Positions 42,443 through 57,100 of a DNA stretch of 64,000 nt are shown one piece after another. The notes beneath the pieces are model-generated. The model was not told where the DNA came from and made no database searches. It worked only from the letters and a program-made list of their open reading frames with translations. The DNA comes from Octopus sinensis. Taxonomy: Eukaryota. The stretch covers positions 39,990,001-40,054,000 of the forward strand of contig NC_043005.1 in the NCBI RefSeq assembly GCF_006345805.1, in the 5' to 3' direction. Position 1 is the stretch's first letter, and each line of letters opens with the position of its first letter. The position numbers were made by a program, and so were the translations under genes.

Positions 42443-43598
42443 CATTGAGTGAGAGAGCAGTTCATGCCATCAAAGTGACACTGGGGTAAAATATACGAAG
42501 CCCAATATACCCATCATGACTACCCGTCTGATAAAGGTACACCAGGCACATGCATCACAACCATATGTGCGCGACATGGTGATCTCATATCAAGATAAAC
42601 AGCACATGACCTTGCAGGTGGGGCCCAGTTAGAATTTTCTTCAGGTTGAGTAGCCCATCCCGCTCAAACGGTCCCTGAATAAGGGTTGTTTAAGGATGTT
42701 GAAAGAACCACCCATGTTTCCAGAGGTGAACTATTCAAACCCCAAAGAATCCCTCTCAACACATGGCTATGATGTTCCCCCACTACTTCTGCTCGTGATC
42801 AGAGATGCACATATCGTCATCCACTAAGGGACATGCTCAACTGGTTACGGTCAAACAACTGACAAGCAAATCTGTGGTATTGAGCAGAATATTTGCTGTA
42901 GCCCATCTTTTATACCAAGACAAAACAATGTACATGATAACACTTCTAATCAGTTAAGATCAGAAGCCATGAGAGCCACTGCCTGGTACTGCATCAGGGC
43001 ATTATTATTATTATATTATTATTATTATATATTATTATTATCATTGAGTGAGAGAGCAGTTCATGCCATCAAAGTGACACTGGGGTAAAATATACGAAGC
43101 CCAATATACCCATCATGACTACCCGTCTGATAAAGGTACACCAGGCACATGCATCACAACCATATGTGCGCGACATGGTGATCTCATATCAAGATAAACA
43201 GCACATGACCTTGCAGGTGGGGCCCAGTTAGAATTTTCTTCAGGTTGAGTAGCCCATCCCGCTCAAACGGTCCCTGAATAAGGGTTGTTTAAGGATGTTG
43301 AAAGAACCACCCATGTTTCCAGAGGTGAACTATTCAAACCCCAAAGAATCCCTCTCAACACATGGCTATGATGTTCCCCCACTACTTCTGCTCGTGATCA
43401 GAGATGCACATATCGTCATCCACTAAGGGACATGCTCAACTGGTTACGGTCAAACAACTGACAAGCAAATCTGTGGTATTGAGCAGAATATTTGCTGTAG
43501 CCCATCTTTTATACCAAGACAAAACAATGTACATGATAACACTTCTAATCAGTTAAGATCAGAAGCCATGAGAGCCACTGCCTGGTACTGCATCAGGG

Positions 43599-43643
<45 letters not shown>

Positions 43644-43654
43644 CATTATTATTA

Positions 43655-43710
<56 letters not shown>

Positions 43711-46700
43711 GGCAGTGAGCTAGCAGAATTGTTAGCACACTGGGCAAAATGCTTAGTGGCATTCCATCTATCTTTGTGTTCTGAGTTTAAACACTGCTGG
43801 GGTCGACTTTGCCTTTCATTCTCTTAGGGTCGATAAAATAAGTACCATTTGAACACTGGGGTTGATGTAATTGATTTAGCCCCTCCCTGAAATTTCAGGT
43901 CTTGTGCCTATAGTAAAAAGGATTATTATTATTACTACTATTCTTATTATTATTATTATGAACTACTATAATTTCAACCAAGTTTCTCAAAGATGAATAA
44001 GTAAATTTAATGGTATGTCTGTTAAATAACCTACCATATCCACTTAATAATGAGAAATGCTTGTCTACAACCACAACCCAAATGATTATTTACTGAATAA
44101 CCTGGTTCCGTATCTTTCCTCTGTCTATTTGAATTGATCAGTAGCAGTTTTAATTAGGTGGAATTTTTGCCATAAATATTCCTCAAGTTAATAGGTGGGA
44201 TTGTTGAAATTAAGTATCATATTACAATTCTAGCATGATCTGATAAATACTGTTCCTAAGTAGGCCTGATCAAATATTGTTGCTTTTACTGCTGTGTGCT
44301 TGAAAATGTCCTCTATTCTAAGCAATGTGGTATAGCTTTAATAGAGATAGGATGGTATTAAATTTTAATATCACTGTAGAATCTTAGTCAAGGAAAAATG
44401 GGATTAATATGTATGATTTCTGCATCACAGAATTTTGAAACACTATTTGGAACATGCATAAGCAAATTAAAGAATATATAATTGTCCATTTTTGTGTTTT
44501 TCTTTTGCATGCATGTATGTGTGCATGCATATATGCATGTGTGTGTGCATGCATACATGCATGTGTGTGTGTGTGTGTGTCTGTGCAGTAGCAGTGATGG
44601 TAACTCAGCAAGGGCATGGTCCATGGACAGGAAGTAGCAAAAGAGTAAAATGATTATTAATATTATCATTACTACTGGTTTTATTGCGTGTGGTGTTCTC
44701 GAGCAAGGCACTTTATTTCACGTTGCTCCAGTTCACTCAGCTGTAGAAATGAGTTGCGACATCACTGGCAGCCAAGCTGTATCGACCTTTGTCTTTCCCT
44801 TGGATAAGACTGGTGGCATGGAGAGGGGAGGCTGGTATGCATGGGCGACTGCTGGCCTTCCATAAACAACCTTGCCCGGACTTGTGTCTAGGAGGGTAAC
44901 TTTCTAGGTGCAATCCCATGGTCATTCATGACCGAAGGGGGTCTTTACCCTTTTTTTACTGGTTTTATTGCAGGTGATATGGTAAGTAATCATCAAGCAA
45001 TAAGTATAATCAGCAGTGACCACTTTAATTATTCCACAATACTCTTTGAAAAACTATAGATATAATTTTTGAATATTATGCTCTTAAATGCCTTATCTTT
45101 ATAGAATTAGTTTTTAAAAGAAATTTTAGTATTTTTAACATTAATGTAGTTTTATGCTTCATATATTTCAGGATAGATTCTATAGAACAGATAACTATTT
45201 CGAATTTCTTGATGATATTTTGATGTCGACATTTGATGTTTCTCCATGCTACAGAGAAAACAACAAAATAACTGATTTACAAATAACATTTAAAGGTAAA
45301 AATCAAAAATTAATATTAAAAAATGATAAAAAATTTATTGGAAGTAAGAAATTCTTTTCCAGTGACTTCCTCTGGGGACTTTTGATTCTAGATAATCTGA
45401 CATGCTTTGTAACTAACAAAACTAAGCAGAATGAAATATTTCTGAAGCATGATCAGAGCTTGATAAAACCAGTTTATGTCTCTGTGGTATATGTGAGAGA
45501 TTCGAAATAAAGGCACCTACCTTCTCTTCGCTCAGATGGTAACCCTTCAGCGGTAATGGATCCTTCAACACAGCCTGACCCGAATGCTAGAAATAGCAGC
45601 TGCTTCTCCCAACCTTAACAATGTGCTGACCCGACTTCCTCGTTCGGCGACCATGATCAAAAAGGCCGAATGCCACCCTACCTGCGCGCGCATCACTGCT
45701 GCCCCTTCCGGTCAGCACCCCAGCTGCTGACGTCACCCCACAGTCTCATATCATTTAAAAGATCCTCTTCAATTAAATTTGCTGATATGACTTATGAATA
45801 TTTATTTATGCAGTACCTGCACTCTTCCAGATATGCGAGCAGCAGCATATTATTTGCCATACATGTTCTTTGTAGAGAATCAGTAACTGTTCAAACTTGA
45901 AATATATCTGATTTTGAAGAAGAAACCTAGCTTTTGGGATGTATTGCTGGCAATATTATAGATGTCATATCCTCTTTGACTGTGAAGCCCAGCCATTTTG
46001 AACTTAAAATATTTTGTATGTACTTTCTATTGATTTTAATTTCACAAAGAATCAGCTAATGTTTAATTAAAAAAAAAGATTAGAACTAATATATTAATTC
46101 TAAATTATCTTTTTCAGGGGCATACAAACAGAGGTCAATAAACTTTATTACAGCAGCAATAAATAAGATAATGCAATTTACACATCTGCCTTTCATAAAT
46201 CTTCAAAATCCTGAGCTTTCTTATGATGAGGACAAAACATATTTAAGAATCTCTTTAATTGATCCAAGTCCACAGCCTATTGGTAAATATTTTCTATATT
46301 TATTTTCATAATATCTAACTTGTTAATTACTATAATTTAAAATCTATAGAACTTTTGATGTTAAGAATACTTCACACAATTTTCATTTCCCAATATTATC
46401 ATAATTATTTTGAATTTTATGAAAGATTGGGCATAGCTGTGTGATCAAGTAGTTTGCTTCCCAACTGCATGGTTTCAGATTTGACCCCACTGCATAACAC
46501 CTTAGACGAATGTCTTTTACTCTAGCCCCAGACTCACCAAAGCCTTGTGAGTGAATTTGGTAGTTGAATAGAAATAAATCTGTCATGTGTGTATGTGTGT
46601 GAGTGAGTGCTTCTTTGTCTTGATACCATGTGATTGCGGAAAATGAGTGTCACCATCCTGCAATTAATGTCAAAATGTTTTCAATCTTTCATGGAAACAC

Positions 46701-49391
46701 ATCCGGTCATGAGGAAATATTACCTTGCTTGGAAACAAGTGAAAGTTGGAAAAAGAAAGGGCAGAACAGTTTTAATTTCCAAAGCCTGGCAGTGTACTAC
46801 AGTCTAGTACATTTACTTAGCAATATTTCCCTCATTTGTTTTGTAATTATTGTGAAGTATGTTTTACTAACAAAGTCATAGTAAAAGCAAAGTTGTCTCC
46901 ATTCCTGCTGAAATATTTAAAAACTATTAATCAAACAATGATGCTTGTTTTTGCTTCTTTTTTTTTTTTTACCAGTGCATAATTATATTTAATGAGTTTT
47001 TTTAAAGATCTCTACATTAAATATATTAACAAAGTTATTTTTTATATAGATCATGTTCTCTGTCTAATTTTTTCTCAAAATAATTCTAGTTTTCTATGTC
47101 ATCTAGCATAGATTTTTGTGCATTTACTTACTTTCATTAATACTTCAGCATGTGTAGTAATGTCTATACTTTGCTGATGAGATCATCATAAGACGGAAAC
47201 TTATCCTGAGTTGACTCTTGTACTTGCTGAAATAATTAAAACATTACCAATTATATTGTTTTTACAACACTGTAATTTTAGAATTATCTTTAATTAACTT
47301 TTTAATGCTTAGTGTATTAAATTTGATAGTACTAACTTAACTATTCTTTCTTACTGTGCTCTGACAAACAAGTAAGAACCATTTCAAGCAAAAGAAGTGT
47401 TGTGCACTTATCATCAATAAAGCCTCTAACAGTAACTGGCATGAGAATCTCCTAGCAAGGCTGCTTACCTATTGGTATCATCTGTTTCTAATTTCATGGA
47501 AACCCAAGTATCTGTTGAACTATTGCTGTATGTTCTGACAAGCTTCTTTCCATCCCATTCTCACTTTTTTCTATATATCACTCACAACTTTCCTTCTATA
47601 GTTTCAAAAGGGTTAACAAAACATCTATCTAAAATGTATTTTGATCATTCATATTTATCTATTTCTGCAGGATTATTCACTGTTAAACCAAATCTTAAGC
47701 CTAATCCAAATCAAAAGCCAGAGACACAATTAAAAATACAGACACCAAATGAATGTGCATCTTCATGCATTAAAAGCAACTGTAAGGCATTTGCATATTG
47801 TAAAGGAAAGAAAGTGTGCCAGGTATTCAGTGAATCACCTTCAAGCAACCAAGATTCTGATGACTGTAATTTATATACCAGTAAGTGAGGTATTTTATAT
47901 TATACTATTTTTATTAACTTTATAGTTTTCTGAGTTTATTTAGGTAAAACTTTATTAAATACAAACAAATCATGTAACGTAGGGCATTAAATTTCTAATT
48001 CTTTTCATTTAAATTAAAGAAAATTTTACTTTTCATTGACTTTTTATTTTCATGTGCAGAGAGAAGAAGGCTATCTTTTCTTCTACAGGAGTCAGCTGAC
48101 CTCATATCACTTCTTATTTCTTTATTGCCCACAAGGGGCTAAACGTAGAGGGGACAAACAAAGACAGACAAAGGGATTAAGTCGATTACATCGACCCCAG
48201 TGTGTCACTGGTACTTAATTTATCTACCCCAAAAGGATGAAAGGCAAAGTCAAACTTGGCAGAATTTGCACTCAGAACGTAGAGACAGATGAAATACCTA
48301 TTTCTTTATTACCCACAAGGGGCTAAACATAGAGGAGACAAACAAGGACAGACAAAGGTATTAAGTCAATTACATCGACCCCAGTGCATAACTGGTTCTT
48401 AATTTATTGACCCCAAAAGGATGAAAGGCAAAGTCGACCTCGGCGGAATTTGAACTCAGAACGTAACGGCAGACGAAATACCGCTAAGCATTTCGCCTGG
48501 CGTGCTAACATTTCAGCCAGCTCGCTACCTTATATCACTTCTACTCTGGCCCTTCTCATTCACTCATCTTTCCTTCTCTCATTACCTGTATTGACCTCTC
48601 TGCACAAGTCTTGGCACTAACCACTATGGACAGTACTTCCTTACCAGAATGTCAGACTCCTGGAATTCTTGCTCTGTCTATGATTTTCCTACAAGTGTTG
48701 ACTATCAACTTCACAAAAGGAACATTAGCCAAATCAGTCTCACCAGTTTTGGAAGGCTGTGTTCTTAACTGCTTTTTAATTTTGGATTATATATACATAA
48801 AGAGGTGGTGAGCTGGCAGAATTGTTAGCACACCAAACAAAATGCTTTAGTGTAATTTCTTCTATCTCTACATTCTGAGTTCAAATTCCACTAAGGTCAG
48901 CTTTGCTTTTCATCTTTTCAGGGTCAATGAAATAAGTACCAGTTGTGCACTGGGGTCAATGTAATCAACTAGCTATCTCCCTGCTAATTTCAGCCCTTGT
49001 GCCTATAGTAGAAAAGATTATAAATACATAATAAAACTGTTGAGAAATATACTATTGTTATAGAAACAGACCACCATTTCAGTCAAGTATTTCAAGAAAT
49101 ATCAATACAATGTCATTATAACACTTTATGGAGATGGTTGAAGTAGAGGTGCAAAAATTATCAAGAATAACTCATGAGAGGTTTATATCATTTGAGTAGT
49201 AAACAATTCATTTAGTATTATTATCAAAGGCGCAGGAGTGGCTGTGTGGTAAGTAGCTTGCTAACCAACCACATGGTTCTGGGTTCAATCCCACTGCGTG
49301 GCATCTTGGGCAAGTGTCTTCTGCTATAGCCCCGGGCCGACCAATGCCTTGTGAGTGGATTTGGTAGACGGAAACTGAAAGAAGCATGTCG

Positions 49392-49424
<33 letters not shown>

Positions 49425-51240
49425 TTGTGTGTCTGTGTTTGTCCCCTAGCATTGCTTGACAACCGATGCTGGTGTGTGTTTACGTCCCCGTCACTTAGCG
49501 GTTCGGCAAAAGAGACCAATATAATAAGTACTGGGCTTACAAAAAATAAGTCTCGGGGTCGATTTGCTCGACTAAAGGCGGTGCTCCAGCATGGCCGCAG
49601 TCAAATGACTGAAACAAGTAAAAGAGAAAAGAGAGAGAAAAGAGAAAGGACTCTGATTGAACATCATCATCATCATTTAGCATGGGTTGGATGGTTTGAC
49701 AGGAGCTGGCAAGGCCAGGAGCCACATCGGGTTCCATTGAAAATTATTTCTGATATTATTCAAGGAACTAGGGGGCGAGGTGGCAGAATTGTTTGCACAG
49801 CAAGCAAAAAGCTTAGCAGCATTGTCTTATTCTGAGTTCCAATTCTGCCAAGGCTGACTTTGCCTTTCATCCTTTTGGGGTCAATAAAATAAGTACCAGT
49901 TGAGCACTGGGGTGGATGTAATTAACTTACTCCCTCCCCCCACCCACTCAGATTTCTGGCCTTGTGCTGAAATTTGAAACCAATATTATTCAAGGAATTG
50001 CATAAAATCATGGTGCTTTTGAAATGTTTTTGAGATTCACATCATATTTCTTTTTCTTGAGAGTATTGAAGATTAAATAAACATTCTTAATTAAAAGTTG
50101 TTTCTTTGTATTCTGTCCATAACAGAGTATATGTTTGTTATTTTCTTTTTATTGACAGAAACTAAGGAACAGAAAAGTAACTCTTTATCCAGCAAGCAAG
50201 TTATAAGGGATTTGGACTCACTTATTCAATCTGGAACATTTAAAATCAGTTTCACTGTGGACACAGTAATAAATATTTTTTCTTTAAGTTTGATGTATTG
50301 CTTTATGATGTGTGTACCAATACTGCTGGAATGGGTTATGGTCCTATGTAATGTTATTTTAGCTGAAACTTGTAAGATTTTTAAATTGTTGTTATTTTAC
50401 TCAGTTTCCAAATTCTATAGATTTAGGAATGGTATTATAATTGTTTGTGAATGCAATATTTTCTTCTAGCCAGTATGTTTTTGGTGTATACTTGGGATTT
50501 TATTAAACTCTGAGACTTTACAATTTGGGGGTTTTTCGGTTGCTTTTATGATATTTAGTGGAGCAAGAACGTATCTTACATTTTCTGTTTTTGTCTTTTT
50601 TTTTGGCTGATTTTGGTAAATGTGTTTGTTTACTGTTAAAGTATATTGAAAATGCTATAATTATCGGCTATCCCAAGATTAATCCTGATAAAACAGGGTT
50701 GAGCTTCCTTTCTTTCTTTTTCCAGGCTCAATACTTCTAGTTTATCATTTAGTGTGTCCTTCCTTCCTTCAGATCAGTACCTCTCAATCATTTTTTACCA
50801 GTGAGCTCCTTCAATACCTATAGTTATTCAATGCTTAAAAAATCCTAATGTTATTTTCATAATTATATATTATTAAGAATTTTATTTTAAAAATCTTTAA
50901 AATATTTATGCATATTGTAGAAATGCAATCAATTTATTGCACAAACTTTAACAACAAAATTTTATATGGATCCCAAGGGTCATATGGAACTCTGTTAAGT
51001 ACCACTGCTATAGATGATAGGGTTGATTAGAAGATTTGGCTGGTTTTTTCTTACATATTAAATGGTTAGATGAAGACTCGGTATTGTGAAATATGATGTA
51101 CTGTGGCCATTATTAGAGTTTTTAACACTGCTAATTACTTTGAATCAAGTTGGAGACATCTCCTTTGCCCTTGTAACAGTTGACTATAATGCTGCTACAT
51201 CAGTCATTGAGTGATCTTTCTCTCTCTCTCTCACTCTCTT

Positions 51241-51287
<47 letters not shown>

Positions 51288-54133
51288 AGCTTGGCTTGGT
51301 TTCATGAATGAAAATCAAGAAAGGGCTGGTCCACATTGACTGCAGGCACACTCGTGACTGACAAGGCCAATGCAGGACAGGCAGACACGACCACAGTGGC
51401 TGCAGTTGAAAGTCTGGTCAGAATTTGATGATGTGGTGTTGCAGTTCTTCTTCCTATTCCTTTTGTCCTTGAAAGCAGCCCTGTAAATGTTTATGAAGGA
51501 AGAGTAACTGTACAGGTGACTAGACCATATTCTATTCTTACATATATTGTAAGGATCTTGGTGGAAATTTCTGATGGATCTGAGGCCTTCCCTCACTTCA
51601 CATCTTTAATTGCCATACCTTTCTCACTTTGTGAACTAGAAAAGCTGGTCCCTGTGTATCAAATCCCACAAAGTTCAACATGGTTTGGCCTGTAAGGGTG
51701 TAATTAAGGATGTGAAAGGTCCAGTACTGGGGTAATTTTTGATTCCATAAAAGTATTTTTCATTTTTAGACCATTTGTGAGTTTAACTTTTTGTACTAAA
51801 TTTATGCCATATGGCATGGGTACTTTTGTTGTCACTCAGATTTTGTGCTTTATGTGTTGACTGCTTTGGCTATTGTTGTTCAGAGTGCAGCAAAATTTTA
51901 AATTGCAGCCAATGATTTAGTAGGAAGATAGTCTCTTTACTTTTCTGTATTGATTTTGTGTTTAAGTGTTTGCGTTTATATGTTTAAGAGTGTTTGATGC
52001 ATTATGTTAACGATTCATATTTGTGCTAGTTTTTGACAATTGGGCAGTAATATCACCTCTAAGATTTTCTCACTTTTTTAGCAAAGCTTAATGTATACAT
52101 ACATAACTGCATAGATTATCAAGTGTATTCTTCCTGTTTTAAGATAATAGATGTGATTGATATGAGAGAGGAGAAAATGTTCCCTGTGTTAAAGAGCAGC
52201 TTTACTAAATTAAAGAGCTGTAACTAGTCCATTGTAATTCCTCACATATCATAATCCAAAGAACATTTATAGATCTATACATTATCTTTAATCAGTCTGG
52301 ATTAGAGAGAATGAGATCATATCATAAGCTATTAAAGATGTTTTTTGGGGACAGTTCTCTTGTAGTTCTCATACCAGGAATATGTCATTTATGACACTAT
52401 AGCCTAATACAAGCCAAAAATTGCCTCCTTTTCAAATTCATTGTATTCTGTATTAGTTTTTCCATATTACTGCCATTATTTATTTGCTTGAGATCATCAT
52501 AATTTCTCCAGTGTAATTTATCCCTTTCTACCTTTGTATTAATTAATAATGCTGATCCGATGGAAAGTTTTATTTTTTCTGCATAACATCGATACTAAAA
52601 ATTTGTGGCTAAAATTACTTAACCTGTCTGAGATTTCCAGTCTTCACACCTTTCCTAATCATCATTGCTAATGGATCTCTTTTATTTTTCCCATTGAAAC
52701 ATATCCATAGATATTCATTGTCACCCCTCAACAAGAAAACCCAAATAATTTTGAAAAGTTCTCAGTGATATTCCAGAATATTCTTTCAAACTTTCTGAAC
52801 ACTTCCTCTCTCACATTGTGCATACTATCTAAATACTACCTGTTGTTTTTCCTCTTGAATAGATAAACCTAAGTCAATATTCTATCTCAACTTTTGGTGG
52901 GTTGTTTAGTCAGTGAAAGAGAAGAGGTATCAGTAGTTCTTGCAGATGTTCACACTCTTTGATGCGAGTGATGTTTAGGCTGAACTTTCTCCGTCTTTAA
53001 ATCCAACTTGTTCTTATAGGTGGTTCAAGTTATCTAAATTCTAAATATTCCCTTGATATCTTTTCTTTTGTTTTATTTATCTTTCCAAACTTGTACCTTA
53101 TCTATTATAGCACTTTACCATTATCTTATTGTTTGTTTCTTGGCTGGGCTCCTGCTACGACTTCAAAAGTAATCAAGGGTTTACAATAATATGTCTCAAC
53201 TGTACTCAACATCCCTGCAGTTTTCTATCTTTATCCGCAAAAAGTGCAGGCCTTTTAGAAGCATCTTTTTGCTTTCAAATTGTTTTTTCTTATTAAAATT
53301 CTTCTCACTTCCAACATTGTTTTTATTTTAATTTCCTTAATCCATAGTGTTGGGGGATATTATTCCATTGAGCGTGATAATCTACACTTAGTATTAGAAG
53401 ACATAGCATTTGAAATTAAATGTTTCTGTTTTCGTGTCAATATTTAAACATGGTTCTTTTTAAAGTTTTCAATTCCTTTAGTAGGCTGCTATAAATGAGA
53501 AAATAGTATAATTAGCTGCTGAAATGTCAGCTAATTAGATTGTACAGGAAATAGTTTTCCTCAACGATTGTCAGAGCTAAACTTTTTGAAAGAACTATGA
53601 TGTTGTTTAGCAAGGTAATATGATAGCAAGGTAACAGATATAGAAATGCTTCAGCACCAGGAGAAGAATGAACTTACAATCAGCTCAATATTCAGCTTCA
53701 GTTAATAAAAACATCTTGTAAAATGTGTGGTGAAAAAACATTTAAACATCAAAGACATTGATCACTATGAAAAGTAGTTTTGCTTATCTAATACACATTA
53801 CTGATGCATTGGGTTAAGTGATAAAATAACTTTGGAGCCTACTTATGATAGAAATAGATAAAGAAAGAAATACAAGTTTATCAGTGTGTTAATGCATTCT
53901 TATGAAGTAGAGATTACCTACCAGAATTAATTCACTTCAAAAATATTAAATCCTGCTTAAGTTCAAAGCATCTTTTAGTTTAAAAATATAAGTTTACTGA
54001 ATATTGTCTAAGAGCTACAACTTGAGGAGCCATTTAATACGTCTTACAGCATTTAACTTCAAGTTTCTTAAATTATATCTGAGCTACCTCAGCTTCACTC
54101 ATTTTTTTTTATCTTCCTGATGTGAGTCTGTTG

Positions 54134-54165
<32 letters not shown>

Positions 54166-57100
54166 GGTGATAGTGGACATTCCACATACTAAGAGCAATG
54201 GTTTTCTCTTCCATCAAAATACTATAAAAAATTTGTTAGTACTTTTCATTTCTACACTTTTTTTCCTATTTCCAAGATATTAATTGCCAAATAAAAATAC
54301 ATTTAATTTTTTTTTTTTCATTAACCTTAAATTATAGGAACAACACTTCACAGCTGTATCTATGTTAAGCGACATTGATCGGTCAAACTCAAGAAGTGTT
54401 TCTTCTGGTAAGTTCATTTTGTCATATATTTTTACTTGGAATTCATCTATTTTCAGCAAATTATCCCACTTTCAATATTGCTTTTAGCTTTTAATCCTTT
54501 AATTGTACTTGTTTACCACTTGCAATATAGGATAAGAAATGATCAAAGCCAGTGAGTTGTAAAAACTGCAGATGTAAATCATTTCTTTTTCTTTTTACTT
54601 CCTGAGTCTGGAGAAAGGGATGACCCTCTGGAATTGGTAAGATTGATTCTCTTAATGTGCCATACCTGCAGAGAAGACATGAGTAGGAAGGAGATTTTAG
54701 AGGGCCGATGTTCTTGGAATGAAGGATTTGACATAGTTGTTAGTGGACAAAGGGAGGGGTACTAAGAGGTGAGGTCAGGGGCCCCTGAGGGGTGAAGGTA
54801 TAAGACCAGCTAGCTCCAAGGAGTTGAGGTTATTTTAATCATGATAAAAAAAAAGGATAGAGAAAGAAAATATGTTTGTGGGCCAGAGATAGGGAGTTTT
54901 TCCATTAGCATAGATCATCAGCCTGCTGAGTGGACCTTTTCTGAATATGATTCGGTACGTCAGGAAGTATAATAATAGCAGTATCCCAGATGTGATCCCA
55001 CTTCAGCCTTATCATGATCTAATAAGTACATATCCTAAACAGGTCTATAAAGATTATCTCTCTACCCTTAAGCTGGTTAAATATAAGTGGAGGGATGAGC
55101 TGACTTTAAATCATTAATTATTCCCTTTAAAATAATCAACAATATAAGCAATGGTAATATGACTTTGACAAGAATAGGATGCTGTTGAACCTCTCTCTCT
55201 CTCTCCCTCTCTTTTTCTCAATGATTTGATACATTATTAATTGAGGTAAGACTAAATTATAGTTAACCCAGTTAGGGAATTAGTAAGCATACATGAACGA
55301 TTTACGTTTAGCTGTTTGCATTAATGGGTAATAAATATTCTTACAAATAGCAAAATTTCTGAATATATCCACTCTCATATCTCCAGGTTTTTATTCTTTT
55401 AAACTTTTATGCATTTCAGCTGTGGCCATGCTGGGGCACCATCTGTGTTATCACCTTTTTAATTGCCATTATTTTGTGATTGCTTGTGCTTGAAGAAAGG
55501 AGTTCAATATTGCTGCCTCTCATAAGTTTCTTGATATGATGTAGGTTCAGCTGAGGTGCTGTCATGTAGGTTCATCAGAGAGAATGCTTAGTCCAAATGA
55601 AAAGGACTTTTACTAAACAGTCAGTAAATGTCCCAATATAGCAGAATCTTAAAAATCCCCTTTTCCCAATCAATCGTTACCAATCATTTCTCTCATTCTA
55701 GACTGACATTCACAACCTTTATCACAATGCATGAAGCCCAAAACTACACCAATGTGAATTATAACTGATAGATATTTCTCTCTATAGTTTTAAACCAAAT
55801 CTAAAAACACAAAGTAATACACAATGTAAATTTGTTTTTGTGGCTTTACATAGAAGAGTTGACTATATCAATTTAAACTTGTGTTGCAGTTTTACTTTAT
55901 TAAATAAGGTTAAAGTAGAATTTGTATGCAATAAAATGTTTCTTGTTTAAAAATTTGATATGATTTAATTGGGTTGTTTAGTATTGTGGTAGTAATAATC
56001 TAATTTACTCAACCACTCTTATTTATGAGAAAAATAATCAGGCCGACCAAAGCCTTGTGAGTGGATTTGGTAGACGGAAACTGAAAGAAGCCCGTCGTAT
56101 ATATATATGTATGTGTGTGTGTTTGTCCCCCTAGCATTGCTTGATAACCGATGCTGGTGTGTTTATGTCCCCGTCACTTAGCGGTTCGGCAAAAGAGACC
56201 GATAGAATAAGTACTGGGCTTACAAAGAATAAGTCCCGGGGTCGACTTGCTCGACTAAAGGCGGTGCTCCAGCATGGCCACAGTCAACTGACTGAAACAA
56301 GTAAAAGAGTAAAAGAGTAAGAGTTAGTCTCAGTTATTTCAAAACAGGTTTGATGCAGCAGACAGGAAAAGTAGGATGGCGAACCTGACAACAATTAAGT
56401 ATATTTTCTGCTTTACCATCGTCATTCACTTAGCTTATTTTAAACTTGTTTGATTTAAAGTATATTGGAGCTCAAACATATTTTTAGTATTGGATCAACT
56501 TAAAACTCACAGTCATGAATAAAAGTCAAAGGTAGTGCTGTTAAATAGTACTATGAATAATCACTGAATTGGAATTGATAGCTTACAAGCTTTTAATATA
56601 GTGCCTTTGATAATGCAGAGTCCACAGCATATGCTACTTTTGCTGCTAGGTTAATCTGGCCCTATTTCTGCTTGCCACAAAAGGAAGAGTAGATTGTGTG
56701 ATGCTAGTGTACATAGGGCAATGCAGCATAGCAGTGAAAGATGGGCTGTTTGTAGTGAAACAAAGATGTTTGATGAATAGAATGAAACAAAGTAAACAGG
56801 TTGTGTTCTAGATGTGTAATGTCAGTGTGCATGAAGTACAAATGAAATGAGTGGAAAAAAACTGAGTATGAGAGACAAGTGACCATGACAAGGGGTAAGC
56901 TGTTGAAGAAAACTCAAGCAAGTGAAGAAAGATATATGCAAAAATAACTGATAACAGTGACAGGGTGGGGTGGAGGTAGTGATAGTATTGGTTCTCTCCT
57001 CTTCCTCTTCCTTTTCCTCCACCTGTGTCTACTTCATCTTCTTTGACTTCTTGTTATTCATAATAAGTTTAAAGGCTTGATAAATTATTTCTAAACTGTG

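Noticed and set aside
44974-44981. 8-nt micro-exon with good sites (ttattgcag|gtgatatg|gtaagt)
   Set aside because: Would shift the frame between phase-0 exons 15 and 16, which join well without it; could only be a poison exon, with no evidence.
45296-45510. 118-aa ORF 45154-45510 as one large exon
   Set aside because: A GT donor at 45296 gives the phase required by exon 17 and matches the paralogous boundary in exon 7; the extension is AT-rich intron plus solo-LTR start.
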